This document shows positions 13,795 to 29,454 of a DNA stretch of 64,000 nt, piece by piece. How positions within the stretch are numbered: the first letter of the stretch is position 1; each line of letters begins with the position of its first letter. Made by a program: the position numbers and the translations under genes. Below the pieces are notes generated by a model that ran no database searches, was not told the DNA's origin, and saw only the letters and a program-made list of their open reading frames with translations. The stretch is from the human T2T-CHM13v2.0 reference genome, Homo sapiens, in the NCBI RefSeq assembly GCF_009914755.1, contig NC_060926.1. One strand, 5' to 3'.

Positions 13795-14180
13795 TAAGTA
13801 ATTCAATAGTCAAACATGTATTGATGGCCTACTCTAAGTCAAAACTGGTAATGGGGCTATAAAGATGAACAAGACACTATGTTTGACCTCCAGTTGCTTT
13901 GCCTAGTAAGGAATACAAAAAGCAAATCATATAAATAAGCAATGTGATAAGGACAATGGGAGCGCCATATGAAAAAAAAACTGAGTTAATGGAGCTGCTG
14001 GGAGAAAGACAATCAGCCTGAGCACAGCCTGAAGCTGCAGCTGCAAGAAAGCACAGACTGAGGACTGAGAGATGAGAGAAATAAACAGAAGAGATGGGCA
14101 ATGAAGAGAGAGAAGTAGAAAGGGATACCAGTGGAGAAGGGCATAAAAAGGTAAAATTGAAGGTTGGGGCAAGAGTCTGA
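13795..14180 (-). mobile_element. L2 3' fragment
   Basis: ATTCAATAGTCAAACATGTATTGATGGCCTACT...AAGATGAACAAGACAC. Confidence 0.65.
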
Positions 14181-14382
14181 AGGCTCAAAAACTGTTAATG
14201 GTCCATTAAATGTAATGTAAACTTCAAAAACAAATAAGTTTTTGGTTAATTGGTAAATGTGGTAAACTAAAAAACAGGTCCTTTGGTGAACTGATCTTTC
14301 AACAACTAAGCTTTTGATAAATTGATCTGGAGCCTACTTGGTCATTAGATGAGAGAGCAAATTGATGAAAAGATTTGCTGGT

Positions 14383-14905
14383 TGTAGAAGATTGTATTTT
14401 CTGAAGATGGCTGTAAAAATATCTTTCATCTCCTCTGTCTTTCTGCAGTGTTACCTTGCCCCCATTGAGGAGCAGAATTTACTTTTCTGCTGTTTTGTGA
14501 ATGCTTTAACCAAAATAATATGACAAAAATTCTGCTGTATCACTGGCAGGAATAAGCCTTACCCACCCTGTTGCTTTTGCTTCCTGCCTTTTGGAAAGCT
14601 TGCTTTGGAGAACTTCCCCTCAAAACTTAATTGCCATGTTGTGAGAAGTCCAAGTTACCAGAAGAAGCCACTTGCAGTGATCTGCCAAATGGCACAAACT
14701 GAGCATCAACTGTCAGCCATCTGACTAAGGCATTTTGAATATCTAGCCCAGTCAATCTTTCAGATGGCTTCAATCCAAATCCAAAATCTGATTGAAACTG
14801 TAAGAATGTCCAAGTAAGAACTTCCCAGCTGAGCCCATCAACCCAGAGGAATCGCAGTGAGAATAATATATTGTTTTAAAGCGTTAAGTTATGGATTTGT
14901 TTGTT
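14383..14905 (+). mobile_element. MLT1G/H-like LTR
   Basis: TGTAGAAGATTGTATTTTCTGAAGATGGC start; CCCAGCTGAGCCC...TTGTTTTAAAGC...AAGTT 3' part. Confidence 0.7.
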
Positions 14906-14911
14906 AACACA

Positions 14912-15220
14912 TTGTTGTGTCATTTAGGGCAGCTATAACAGAATACCATAGACTGACTGGCTTAAACAACAGAAATTTATTTCTCACAGTTCTGGAAAAT
15001 GAGAAATCTGAAATAAGGGTACCAGCATGATTGGTTCTGTTAAAAGCCCTCTTCTTGATTTTTGGACAGATGTTTTCCCATTTTATCTTCACGTGGAAAG
15101 AACAAAGAAAAATATTCTATGTCCCCTTCTCTTTTTATAAAGGAATTCATCTTATTCATGAGGGCTCCACCCTCATTACCTAATCACCTCTCAACAGCCC
15201 CACCTCCCTCATACCATCTC
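14912..15220 (-). mobile_element. MLT1A-like LTR
   Basis: GCTATAACAGAATACCATAGACTG...TGGCTTAAACAACAGAAATTTATTTCTCACAGTTCTGG...GAGGGCTCCACCCTCAT. Confidence 0.8.
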
Positions 15221-15332
15221 GCTTACGATTTAAGTCCTGAGAGTCGGGAGAGTAGATAATCTATTCTCAAAAATTCAGATGTGGCCTGGCTATTTATTTC
15301 TGGAACACTGAATTTTCCTGCTTATGAAACTA

Positions 15333-15755
<423 letters not shown>

Positions 15756-16407
15756 TTATGATCAATAACTTATAGATTTCGAACTTGGGAAAGACATATG
15801 AACTATATTTACTAGCATCATTAGCACATGGATTTAGTGAAACCATGGGAGATGATGATATTACCTAGGAAAGAATGAAGAAAGTTTCCAAAAGACAGCC
15901 ATGAAGAACACCAACAATTAAAAGATGGTCAGAGTGGAAAGGTACTTTTTGGCAGAATTCTATGAAACACCATCAGTTGCACTCCCAAACAACAGTCAAT
16001 TTATCTTACCCCAGGAAATGAAAAGAAAAATTGTTCTCTTGATACGGCAATATTTTGCAAATTTTAGAATTTGGACAGAGAGTGAACAAGTGATGCTGTC
16101 ACAAATGACTGAATTCAGGCTAAAATTGCAAGATGATGACATACTTTGTCAGCACTAAACTGTTTAGGATTTATATTGAATAAATAATGTATATGTATTT
16201 GAGTCTATAATTTCCCACAGAAAATAGGTATAACATCACAAATTAAAATAGAAATTACATGACCTATAAAACATTAGAAAATGAATTCCTTTCCCACAAT
16301 GTTTACAAAACATTGACAGTTTTATCTTATTTTCATGACAACTTTAATCTCTGCACAGAGCTCACAGATCAAGTTGTAAAGTCAGATAGTTTGAGGGTAA
16401 AAATATA

Positions 16408-16738
16408 CAGAAGTCCTCCCTTATCTGTAGGGGATATGTTCCAAGAACCCCAGTGGATGCCTGGAACTGCAGATAGTACCAAACCCTATATATACTATAA
16501 TTTGTCCTATACGTACATACCTGTGATAAAGTATAATTTATAAATTGGCACAGTAAAAGATTAACAATAACTACTAATAAAATATAACCATATAACCATT
16601 ATAATAATAAAAATCATGTGAATGTCATCTCCCTCTCTTAATATGTTACTATACTATACTTATCAATTTTCAGATCACAGTTGATCATGGGTAACTGAAA
16701 CCATGAAAAGCAAAAGCTTGGATAAGGGGGGACTACTG
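16408..16738 (-). mobile_element. MER44A (Tigger-family MITE)
   Basis: TIRs CAGAAGTCCTCCCTTATC ... GATAAGGGGGGACTACTG; TA on the left flank; internal match to MER44A. Confidence 0.88.
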
Positions 16739-16956
16739 TGTAATATGCATTTTAGTGAAAAAATTCTGATGAACATTATTTCAGGAAAAGAAAAATATTT
16801 CTTCCAAGAATCAACACAAAGAAATGTAAATCAAGATATTATTTATGAATATATAATTGGATTTTTCCCTGAATGTAAACTTTTGTTTGGTCACCAAAGC
16901 ATACCAATTACATTTGTTGTAAGCCATGTAGCTATTAATTGACAGTCAAAGGGAAA

Positions 16957-17363
16957 TGTGGTAGATTAGATGATGTTCAGCATATATTTATTCTTATCCT
17001 AAACCTTCAGGGAATACATTTCCCACCTCACTGATATAGGGCTTGGTCATATGACATGTTTTAGCCATTGGAATGTAATCAGTTCTGAGCACAAAACTAT
17101 TGGCGTATCCATTTTGCACTCAAGCTTTGAGATTTCCACTCACGTTGGGGATTTTCTACCTCGCAGTTAAAAAAAAAAAAAAAAAGGCCCCAAGTACTGT
17201 GGGCCCAGAATGAGACATTTAGAGTAGTGCTTCCCTTGCTGGTTTACATGCCTGCAGCCAGAAGCACAGCCAGCAATTGCACTAAGCTATTACTGGAAGA
17301 ATAAAATGTAATTTTAAACCATTTAGTTGAGACAGTGTTGTTGAGGTGATACCTGACTGAAAC
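16957..17363 (+). mobile_element. MLT1I/J-like LTR
   Basis: TGTGGTAGATT start, GGGCTTGGTCATATGACATGTTTTAGCCA, end GACTGAAACA. Confidence 0.65.
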
Positions 17364-17976
17364 AGGTAGCTTGGAAAACGTTGGTAATGTATGAATTCAT
17401 ACAAAAATATCTCTTACCTTGAAATGTTTCACAAACAAATATTTAATTTGTGAGAAATAGGAAAAAATAGAGGTATGTCATATTTTTAATTAGACCTCAT
17501 CTGTGATTAAAAAGTAGATGAGCATCACTTATCACATAGGTTATATAGTTAAGATAAAGTTAAAATAAACCAATTTCTGAATGAGTTATATCTACATTTA
17601 TAAGCAAAGTAAAATCATACAAATTTTATAAGTGATGATGAATAATAAGCATTCAAAAATTATACATTTATATATTAATCAAATAGTAGGTTAATGTCTA
17701 TTTCTCTAAAGAGGGAGATAAAAATAGTGGGATAAACATATACCATGGTAATAGGCATAATAGTTATAAAATAAATAATCTATTGAGTTGACTATAAAAT
17801 TAATGTCCTATTATGACAAAGAAAGCATTTAACTTGACCTCAACTTTTGACTTCTGTATTAAATTATTATCTGCTCAAAAAAGTCATATGCTGTTCAAGC
17901 CTTTCATATATCAGGAATTTTTAAATCTCACTAAAACAAAGATAAATTAAATGTTGCATATGAGTAAATAACTCAT

Positions 17977-18377
17977 TACTATGATTTGAATGTGTCTCCC
18001 AAAAAGCATGTATTGGAAACCTAATCCCCAGTGCAACAGTGTTGGGAGGTGGAGCGTATAAGAAGGTGATAAGACAGTGGGGGCTTGAGCTTTATAAATG
18101 GATTAATGCCACTATTGTAGGAGTGGGTTTGTTATCACTAGAGTAGGTTCATTATAAAAGGATGAATTCAGTCCTCTCTCTCTTCCCCCACTCCTTTCTC
18201 TGCCTCTCACCCAACCTCTTACCCTCCACTATGTGATGACACAGCAAGAAGGCCCTTGTAAGACGCCAACTCCTTGATCTTGGACTTTCCAACCACAACG
18301 GTAAGCCAAGACATTTCTGTCTTTGTAAGTAACCCAGACTCAGGTATTGTTACAGCAGCACAAAACTGATTAAGACA
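17977..18377 (+). mobile_element. MST (MSTC/D-like) solo LTR
   Basis: CTATGATTTGAATGTGTCTCCC...AACTGATTAAGACA with 5-bp TSD CTCAT. Confidence 0.85.
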
Positions 18378-18387
18378 CTCATTTTTC

Positions 18388-18688
18388 AGCCAGGTGGGTG
18401 GCTTGCACCTGTAATTCCAGCACTTTGGGAGGCCGAGGTGGGAGGATCACCTGAGGTTGGGAGTTCAAGGCCAGCCTGACAAACATGGAGAAACCCCATC
18501 TCTACTAAAAATGCAAAATTAGCCAGGCATGGTAGTGCATGCCTGTAATCCCAGCTACTCAGGAGGCTGAGGCAGGAGAATTGCTTGAACCGGGAGGTGG
18601 AGGTTGCGGTAAGCCAAGATTACACCATTGCACTCCAGCCTGGGCAACAAGAGAGAAACTGTCTCAAAATAATAATAATAATAATAAT
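18388..18688 (+). mobile_element. AluSp
   Basis: CCTGACAAACATGGAGAAACCCC, GTTGCGGT; (AAT)n tail. Confidence 0.94.
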
Positions 18689-18838
18689 TCAAAGACACAT
18701 TAGAAGATATGGAATTCATGTGATAAGCCATTTCTGAGTTTCAAAAATTGATCCCAAGCCTCCATACAAAAGAAAAAAGGAAACATACACCTAATGTATT
18801 GAAATAAAAATTTGTTAAAGACTTAAAAATCAACAGAG

Positions 18839-19600
18839 ACACTAAGGAAAACCATATGTATTTTCCTCAGAAAACTAAAAATCAGAACTACCATATGATC
18901 CAGCAATTTCACTACTGGATGTATACCCAAAAGAAAGGAAATCAATATGTCAAAGAGATATCTGTACTCTTCTCTCATCTATATTGCAGCAGTATTCACA
19001 TTAGCCAAAACATAGAATTCACATTAGCCAAAACATAGAATCAATCTAAGTCTCCATCAACAGATAAATGAACTTAAAAAATATGGTATATCTATACAAT
19101 GGAATATTATTCAACCATAAAAAAGAATGAAAGTCTGTCATTTGCAGCAACATGAATGGAATTGTTGGTAATTATGTTAAATAAAATAAGCAAGGCACAG
19201 AAAGACAAATGTTACATATTCTCACTCATATGTGAGACCTAAAAAACTGGATCTCAGGAAGATAGAAAATAGTCTGATGGTTACCAAAGGCTGAGAAGGT
19301 ACAGGGGAGGGGTGCATGAACAGTGGTTGATTTATGGGTTCAAAAATACAGTTAGATAGAAGAAATAAGACCTAGCGTTCAATAAATCAGTAAAGTAACT
19401 ATAGTAAATAATATATTGTATATTTCCAAATAGCTAGAAGAGAATAATTTGAATGTTCCCAGCAAAAATAAAAGATAAATGTTTAAGGTGATTGATATCT
19501 CAATTATCTTGATTTGAAAATTCACATATTATATGACTGTATCAAAATATCACATGTACCCTGTAAATATATACATTATCTATCAATAAGTAATAATAAC
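18839..19600 (+). mobile_element. L1MA 3' end
   Basis: GAACTACCATATGATCCAGCAAT...GCAGCAACATGAATGGAA...AAATAGCTAGAAGAG; flanked by CAACAGAG repeats. Confidence 0.85.
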
Positions 19601-19607
19601 AATTACA

Positions 19608-19790
19608 ACAGAGTTTCATTATGGGGAGATGAAAAATTTCTGAAATGAATGATTGTGATGGCTGTAAAACAATGTGAATGCACTTAATGCCACTGAACTG
19701 TATCCTTAAAATGGTTAAAATGGTAAATTTTACATTACGTATTTTTTTACCACGTAAAAATAAATTTTAAAATTTTAAAATCAAAAAATT
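19608..19790 (+). mobile_element. L1MB 3' end fragment
   Basis: GATGAAAAATTTCTG...CTTAATGCCACTGAACTGTA...AAAATGGTTAAAATGGTAAATTTTA. Confidence 0.8.
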
Positions 19791-19869
19791 ATCTACAAAA
19801 GAGATAACTGGGGTGTGTGTGGATCCTTGATTTGCAACAAATGTGGCAAAACAAAGCAATAAGATGTGT

Positions 19870-20484
19870 TGTAAATCAAAAAAAAACAAAGGTGATTATC
19901 AACCAATTTAGAGGTTCATTCTGTCAAGATTGAAGGACACACTTGGGAAAGAGTAACACAAAATCACAGGAACATGTGTGATTCATGATTTCTCCAAAGA
20001 CAGTTTTGAGTGCTTCAATATTTAAAGGGGAAAATGCAAGCAGGAGGGGAGGGAGGAAAGAAAAAAAAAAGCGGGAGTGTAGACAAATGAGACAAGAGGT
20101 TGCATTCTTTCGAGGCTATGAGTAATGTTCACTGAATCCACATGTTGCCTGTGGAAAGAAGGGGGTAGATGAATAGTCAGTTATGTATTCATCTCATGCT
20201 TAGTAAATCTGCACTTTACGTAAAATAAACATTGTGTAGAGGAATAAGTCAAACATGTATTTGTCTCAAGGTGGGCGATGGGATGATTTCTAGTCTCCTC
20301 TGATCCCATACCTATGAAGATAAGCCGTTATTTACGTTGTCAGGGTGAGGGAGGCCACCTGGGGAGACATCTGTTTAGGAAGAAAAGGGAAAGAAGTTTG
20401 TGTGTGTGTGACACAATTTCCAAGCTTAACTTTTTCTTTTAGCATAGTAAGTTTGAGGTTCTGAGATTTTATTTTCTTTCCACA
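19870..20484 (-). mobile_element. MER4-group ERV1 solo LTR
   Basis: Minus strand TGTGGAAAGAAAATAAAATCTCAGAACC; TG...CA termini; 4-bp TSD GTGT. Confidence 0.82.
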
Positions 20485-20839
20485 GTGTCTTAATTCATTT
20501 AGGCTACTTTAGCAAAATACCACAGATACAGTGGCTTGTAAACAACAAAATTTATTTCTCACAGTGCTGGAGTTCAATATCGAGGTTCTGGCAGATTTCA
20601 TGTCAGGTGAAGGCCCTCAGGTTTATAGAAGGCCATCTTTCTGCCATGTCCTCACATGGTCAAAGGGGCAAGAGAGCTCTTCAGGATCTCTTTTATAAGG
20701 ACACTAATCCCATTTATGAGGACTTCACCCTAATGACATAATCACATCCTGAAGGTCTCACCTCCTAATACTATCACATTGTGGGTTAGAATTCAACATA
20801 TGAATTTTTAGGGGGGGCACAAATATTTAGTTTATAGCA
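20485..20839 (-). mobile_element. MLT1A-like LTR (terminal ~5 bp displaced to 19865-19869)
   Basis: TCTTAATTCATTTAGGCTAC...TTTATTTCTCACAGT...TCAACATATGAATTTT...TATAGCA. Confidence 0.85.
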
Positions 20840-20909
20840 GGTATGGATGATTTTTTAAAATTACTTATATCACTAAACACACAAGGAAATAATTATAAAC
20901 AAGAGTAGA

Positions 20910-22745
<1,836 letters not shown>

Positions 22746-22749
22746 TAAA

Positions 22750-23075
22750 CCCTCAGTGGAATTCCTTCTCATTGCCCTAAGAATAAAATTCAGAATCATA
22801 ACTTTGATGTATAAAAATCAACATGATCTGGCCTCTGCCTTCCTAATCACCTGTATCTCATCCTGGGCTTTCCCAAGTTGACTGCACTCCAGTCCTGCAG
22901 ACTTCTTTCAGTTCCTTTAACACTCTAAGTTCATTCTCAACTTCTATTTTCTCTTCCCTTGCTTATTACTGTTTCTTCCTGATCTTTGTAGGACTGGCTG
23001 CCTTTCACCATTCTCACCACTTAGGTCTCAACTCAAATGTCATCTCATTGGAGAGTCCCTTCCTAAACATCTTAT
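22750..23075 (+). mobile_element. L2 fragment
   Basis: ATTGCCCTAAGAATAAAATTC...CATGATCTGGCCTCTGCC...AGGTCTCAACTCAAATGTCA. Confidence 0.75.
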
Positions 23076-23329
23076 AGCAGGTCAGGGGCAGAATTAGAAA
23101 TGTATTTACTCTTAATGATAAAATTTCTGACAATAAAATTTATGATAATGCAACCTCTTTGTCAATACATGCCCCACTATTATATAAATATAGAAAAATT
23201 GAAGATTAAATTGCTTCAGTAGATTAAGCAATGTCAATTATAACTAACAGAGCTAGCAATGGAATGGAGAATGTAGACTGTAGAAATAACTGTATTTTTC
23301 TATTTTAAAAGTTGACTAAAGTGGATTAG

Positions 23330-23595
23330 ATACAAATACAATTTGTATTATATTTGATACAATACAAATACAATTTGTATTATATTTGATACAATACAAA
23401 TACAATTTGTATTATATTTGATACAATACAAATACAATTTGTATTATATTTGATACAATACAAATACAATTTGTATTATATTTGATACAATACAAATACA
23501 ATTTGTATTATATTTGATACAATACAAATACAATTTGTATTATATTTGATACAATACAAATACAATTTGTATTATATTTGATACAATACAAATAC
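23330..23595. repeat. AT-rich minisatellite, 32-bp unit x ~8.3 identical copies
   Basis: Unit TACAAATACAATTTGTATTATATTTGATACAA starting at 23331, 23363, 23395 ... 23555, with a partial copy at 23587. Confidence 0.98.
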
Positions 23596-24195
23596 TTGCT
23601 TGAGTTCATATGTTTCTGAATGATCATAGCTTGTTAATATAAACATTTTATTTACAGAGCTTAATTCAGGAGCTTGCTCTTCTTTCTCTAAACTTTTATT
23701 CCAAAGTCATCTGCACTATCATTAATACTCCTCCACTTTCCCCATTTTAATTCCGAGGGATTTTAAAACTGACTCCAGTCATTTGTACTTAACAATTGAA
23801 TATTCTAAGAAGAAGAAAATGCTTGATTAATTTTGAGTTCAGATTAATTCATCAGAACTAAATAGCTTGCACATTTTCTTTTGGAAATGAAGGTGAAAAG
23901 GATACCACTCCCCACTTCAAAGGAACACAAGCAATTATCTACATTTCTATATTCTATCTTTAAACTACTTAAAAGCTCATTTGTTACTTAGACCGATTAG
24001 TTTTAGTTGCTGAAGATAATCAATATGTAGGAGAGTAATTGCTTTGCTGTAACATTATTATTCCTTTTTAAAATTTTTTATTAAAATTCAGCTTTGCACA
24101 TTTTAATATATTCATTTTATTTCAAACATCAATTTCCTGTCTCCTTGCAGGCATGATATATCTCAAAAGAATTTAGTTTAATTCAAGATATGATT

Positions 24196-26653
24196 TCTTT
24201 TTTTAACTTTTATTTTAGGTTCAGGGGTACATAGGCAGGTATGTTATATAGGTAAACTCATTTCACGGGGGTTTGTTTTACAGATTATTTCATTACCCAG
24301 GTAGTAAGCCTATTTGTAATAGCTATTTTTTCTGATCCTCTCCCTCCTCCCAACCTCCGCCCTCAAGTAGGCCCCAGTGTCTGTTGCTCCCCTCTTTGTG
24401 TCCATGTATTCTCATCATTTCGCTACCACTTAAAAGTTAGAACATGCAGTGTTTGGTTTTCTGTTCCTGCATTAGTCTGCTAAGGATCATGGCCTCTAGT
24501 TCCATCCATGCTCCTGCAAAAGGGCATGATCTTCTTCTTTTTATGGCTGTGTAGTGTTACATGATGTATATGTATCACATTTTCTTTATCCAGTCTGCCA
24601 TTGATGGGCATTTAGGTTGATTCCATGTCTTTGCTATTGTAAATAGTGCTGCAATGAACATACACATGCATGTCTTTATGGTAGAATGATTTCTATTATT
24701 TTGGGTATACACCCAGTAATGGGATTGCTGGGTCGAATGGTAGTTCTGTTTTTAGGTCTCTGAGGAATCACCACACTGCTTTCCACAATGGCTGAACTCA
24801 TTTACACTCTCAGCAACAGTGTATAAGCATTCCCATTTCTTTGCAACTTCACCAGCATCTGTTATTTTTTGACTTTTTAATACTAGCCATTCTGGCTGAT
24901 GTGAGATGGTATTTCATTGCAGTTTTTGATTCTCATTTCTCTAATGATTAGTGATATTGAGCTTTTTATCATATGTGTGTTGGATGCATGTGTGTCTTCT
25001 TTTAAAAAGTGTCTGTTCATGTCCTTTGCCCACTTTTTAATGTTTTTTTTTTCTTGTAAATTTGTTTAAGTTCCTTATAGAGGCTGGATATTAGACCTTT
25101 ATCAGATGCATAGTTTGCAAAATTTTCTCCCATTCTATGGGTTTCTGACTGCTCTGTTGATAATTTATTTTGCTGAGCAGAAGTTCTTAAGTTTAATTAG
25201 ATCCCATTTGTCAATTGTTGCTTTTGTTGGAATGGTTTTTGGTGCCTTTTCCATGAAATCTTTGCCCATTCCTATGTCCAGAATGGTATTGCCTAGGTTG
25301 TCTTCCAGGATTTTTATCACTTTGGGTTTTGCATGTAAGTCTTTAATTCATCTTGAATTGATTTTTGTATTTGGTGTAAGAAAGGGGTCCAGTTTCAATC
25401 TTCTGTTTATGGCTATCCAATTATCTCAGCACCATTTATTGCACAGGTCATCCTATTCAAAAGCTTGTTTTTGTCAGCTTTGTTGAAAATCAGATGGTTG
25501 TAGGTGTACAACCTTACTTATGAGCTATCTATTCTGTTCCATTGGTCCAGGTGTCTGTTTTTGTACCAATACCATGCTGTATTGGTTAGTGCAGCCTTGT
25601 AGTATAGTTTGAAGTCAGGTAACATGATGCCTCCAGCTTTGTTCTTTTTGTTTAGGATTGCCTTGGCTATTTGGGCTCTTCTTTGGTTCCCTATGAATTT
25701 TAAGGACATCCTTGTCTTGTGCTGATTTTCAACAGGAATACTTCCAACTTTTGCCCATTCAGTATAATGTTGACTGTGTGTCTGTCATAGATGGCTTTTA
25801 TTATTTTGAGATATGTTCTTTCAATACCTAGTTTAAGAGTTTTTATCATGGAGCGATGTTGAATTTTATTGAAAGCTTTTTCTGCGTCTATTGAGATAAT
25901 CATGAGATTTTTATCTTTGTTCTGTTGATGTGACGCATTGCATTTACAATTTGCATATGTTGAACCAAACTTGCTTCCCAGGGTTAAAGCCTACTTGATC
26001 CCTGCAGTGGTGCATTCAATTTGCAAATTGAATTGTTGAAGTTTTTGCATCAAAGTTCGTCAAGCATATGGGCCAGAAGTTTTCTTTTATTAGTTTTGTC
26101 TCTGACAGATTTTGGTATCAGGATGATGCTGGCCTCATAGAATGAGTTAGGGAGGAGTCCCTAGTCCTCGATTTTTTGGAATAGTTTCAGTAGGTATGGT
26201 GGCAGCTCTTCTTTGTTAATATATCTGGTAGAATTCAGCTGTGAAACTGTCTAGTTCTGGGCTTTCTTTGGTTGGTAGGCTATTATTACTTATTTCATTT
26301 TGGAAGTTATTGGTCTATTCAGGGAATCAATTCCTTCCTGGTTTAGTCTTGAGAGGTTGTATGTGTCCAGGAATTTATCCATCTCTTCTAGGTTTTCTAG
26401 TTTATGTGCATGGAGGTATCCACAGTAATTTCTCATGGTTATTTGTATTTCTGTGGGATCAGTGTAACATCCTCTTTGGTGTTTTTGATCATGTTTATTT
26501 AGATATTCTCTCTTTTCTTCTTTGTTAATCTAGCTAGGTGGCCTATCTTGCTTATTAATTTTTTCAAAAAGCCAGCTCCTGTACTCCTTGATCTTTGAAT
26601 GGTTTTTTCTGTCTTGATCTTCTTCAGTTCAGCTCTCATTGAGTTATTTCTTG
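24196..26653 (-). mobile_element. 5'-truncated older L1PA (PA13-16-like) with an internal deletion
   Basis: Poly(T), 3'UTR and ORF2 peptides ([16 protein letters not shown]; [11 protein letters not shown]); TSD CAAGAYATKATTTCT. Confidence 0.93.
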
Positions 26654-28694
26654 CAAGACATTATTTCTAATTTCTGGAAATACATGACATGCTTACTAAA
26701 TGTCATTGCCACAAAAATTTAAGCCAATTGCTTGAAATTGACTGACATCTATTTAAAAAAACTTACATTTCTGGAAAATTGCTTAAATGTCATTTCAACA
26801 TAATGCAAAAAATGCGATTTTTAAATAATCTTTGACTCATCTTTATTTTCACCGAGATGATTTTAAATGTGCTTCTGTTGATTCTATATTATCTAGTAAT
26901 TAAAATATGTGGGATACTGAAAAACTTTGATAATGTGCCAAAGTAAAGTTTTGATTCAGGTTTTGTACAATGAAGAGTGAAAACACATATAGCCATCTTA
27001 CATAATCCTATGTCTAAAAATTTGTGAAAGAAAAGGATGAATCACAGTCTAAATATATAACTTCCATTATAAAATGTGTAATAAGAAAGAAGTTCAACAT
27101 TTTCAATTCTTACTAGAATGTAAGCATTTCTCAAACTCTCAAGAATTTATTTAGGCAGAATTATCCGTTGCTCCTTCATGTGCCGTTTTTTTGTCTTTGC
27201 CACCACTGATAAAGGACGTTTCTTATATTGTTTATAAAAAAATTATAAAATTTAGAAGTGAGGTTAATTAAAGCCTTAGTGAAACCATGTAAGCTTCAGT
27301 GTAAATGCTAGTTAAAAATAAGAAGCATTTAGATCAAAATTATAATTTGCATTATAGGTCACAAAATACAATAGGATCTGCATCATAAAATTAATGATTA
27401 ATATAATAAATCATAATACCAAAATTTTGATATTTCACATAATTTTCATGTCTTACATTTGCTCTAGTGGAAATATAATTTGAAAAATTACAGAAAACTA
27501 GCTCTTCATTTATTAAAGTTATTTATTTTTAACAACACTTGGGAATTACTATTCGTTAATCTCACACTTTAAGAAACCTGCCAGTACTAACCACAAAATC
27601 TGTGAGTTGAAGCAGATATTAAAAAACAGTAGCACAGAGGTTAGAGGTACAAAGACTTCTCACTTGTTGCATTGCAGGGGTTCAATAATATGATATAAAT
27701 TAATCCAGCCGGCCTAACAAGAGATGATACCTGGGTTCTCTGGCCCTCAGGAGTAGGTTTGAACTTATAAGATTTTTTTTTCTTTCTCTAATCTATTTCT
27801 TCTGACAGTACTTTTATCCCATTATAGAATTATTTTTGACTTATGTGAAAAGATTTCTGAAAGATTCACGTAAGATTTATATAGACTTGAAACTTTTTAT
27901 TGCCTTTTCTTTGAAGTTTCTTCACTGTTGATTTACCAGGCCCTGAAACTGGCCAATAATACAAAACACAGGATTTTGACTTACTCATTTATTTTTTATT
28001 GTCTCAACCAACTTCACCATCAGTAAAAATAATTCTAGTTTAGAAAATGAAACTAAATCCTCTCCCTTCAAATAAATACTTCAAATAAAGAAAAGAAAAA
28101 ATGTTTTCATGACTAGTCCACTTCATAATTTTTGTTTTTAAAAGCCAAAGCCTGGTATCACTTAAGAAGAAGCCAAGATGAACATAACATTTTTGTAGTG
28201 TCTTGTCTAACAATAAGAATTGTCCCCCAAATCACTCACTATCAAATGCCACTAAATTTTAAAGTCTAGTTTTACATATCTCCAAGGAAAATCTTGTCTA
28301 TTTCAGTCTATGAATTTTGCTCTTCAACTATAATCAGTACTAACAATTTTCTCTAAAAGTTTTCAGATTTTATTAATTTTAATACTAGTTTATACCAGGT
28401 GATTTATTATGATTGACAAATGAGATTAACAACATTATATGTATTTCTAAATGCAGACACTATTTCACCACCCTTAAGTGACATGAGGTAAACTGCAGCT
28501 ATCTTCTTCCCCAAATTTAATTCAGAAGATTAGAAACATACCTACTGCTAGCTAGCTGTGCAAGTTATTATCAGAAAATAGCTCTTTGAGTTACACAGCA
28601 TTACGCAAAGGAGAGGAGAAACAAGGATTTTAGTTAATTAATGTTTGGAGGGTTTTTTATATTAGTTAAATTAAGGATGAGAACATAAATAACC

Positions 28695-29454
<760 letters not shown>

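Noticed and set aside
23330-23595. 32-bp palindromic repeats resembling a CRISPR array
   Set aside because: Units are head-to-tail with no unique spacers, there are no cas genes, and the context is primate DNA; it is a minisatellite
27923-27942. GPGKST P-loop-like peptide after a minus-strand acceptor
   Set aside because: Incomplete Walker A motif, the frame closes within ~25 codons, and no supporting upstream exon was found
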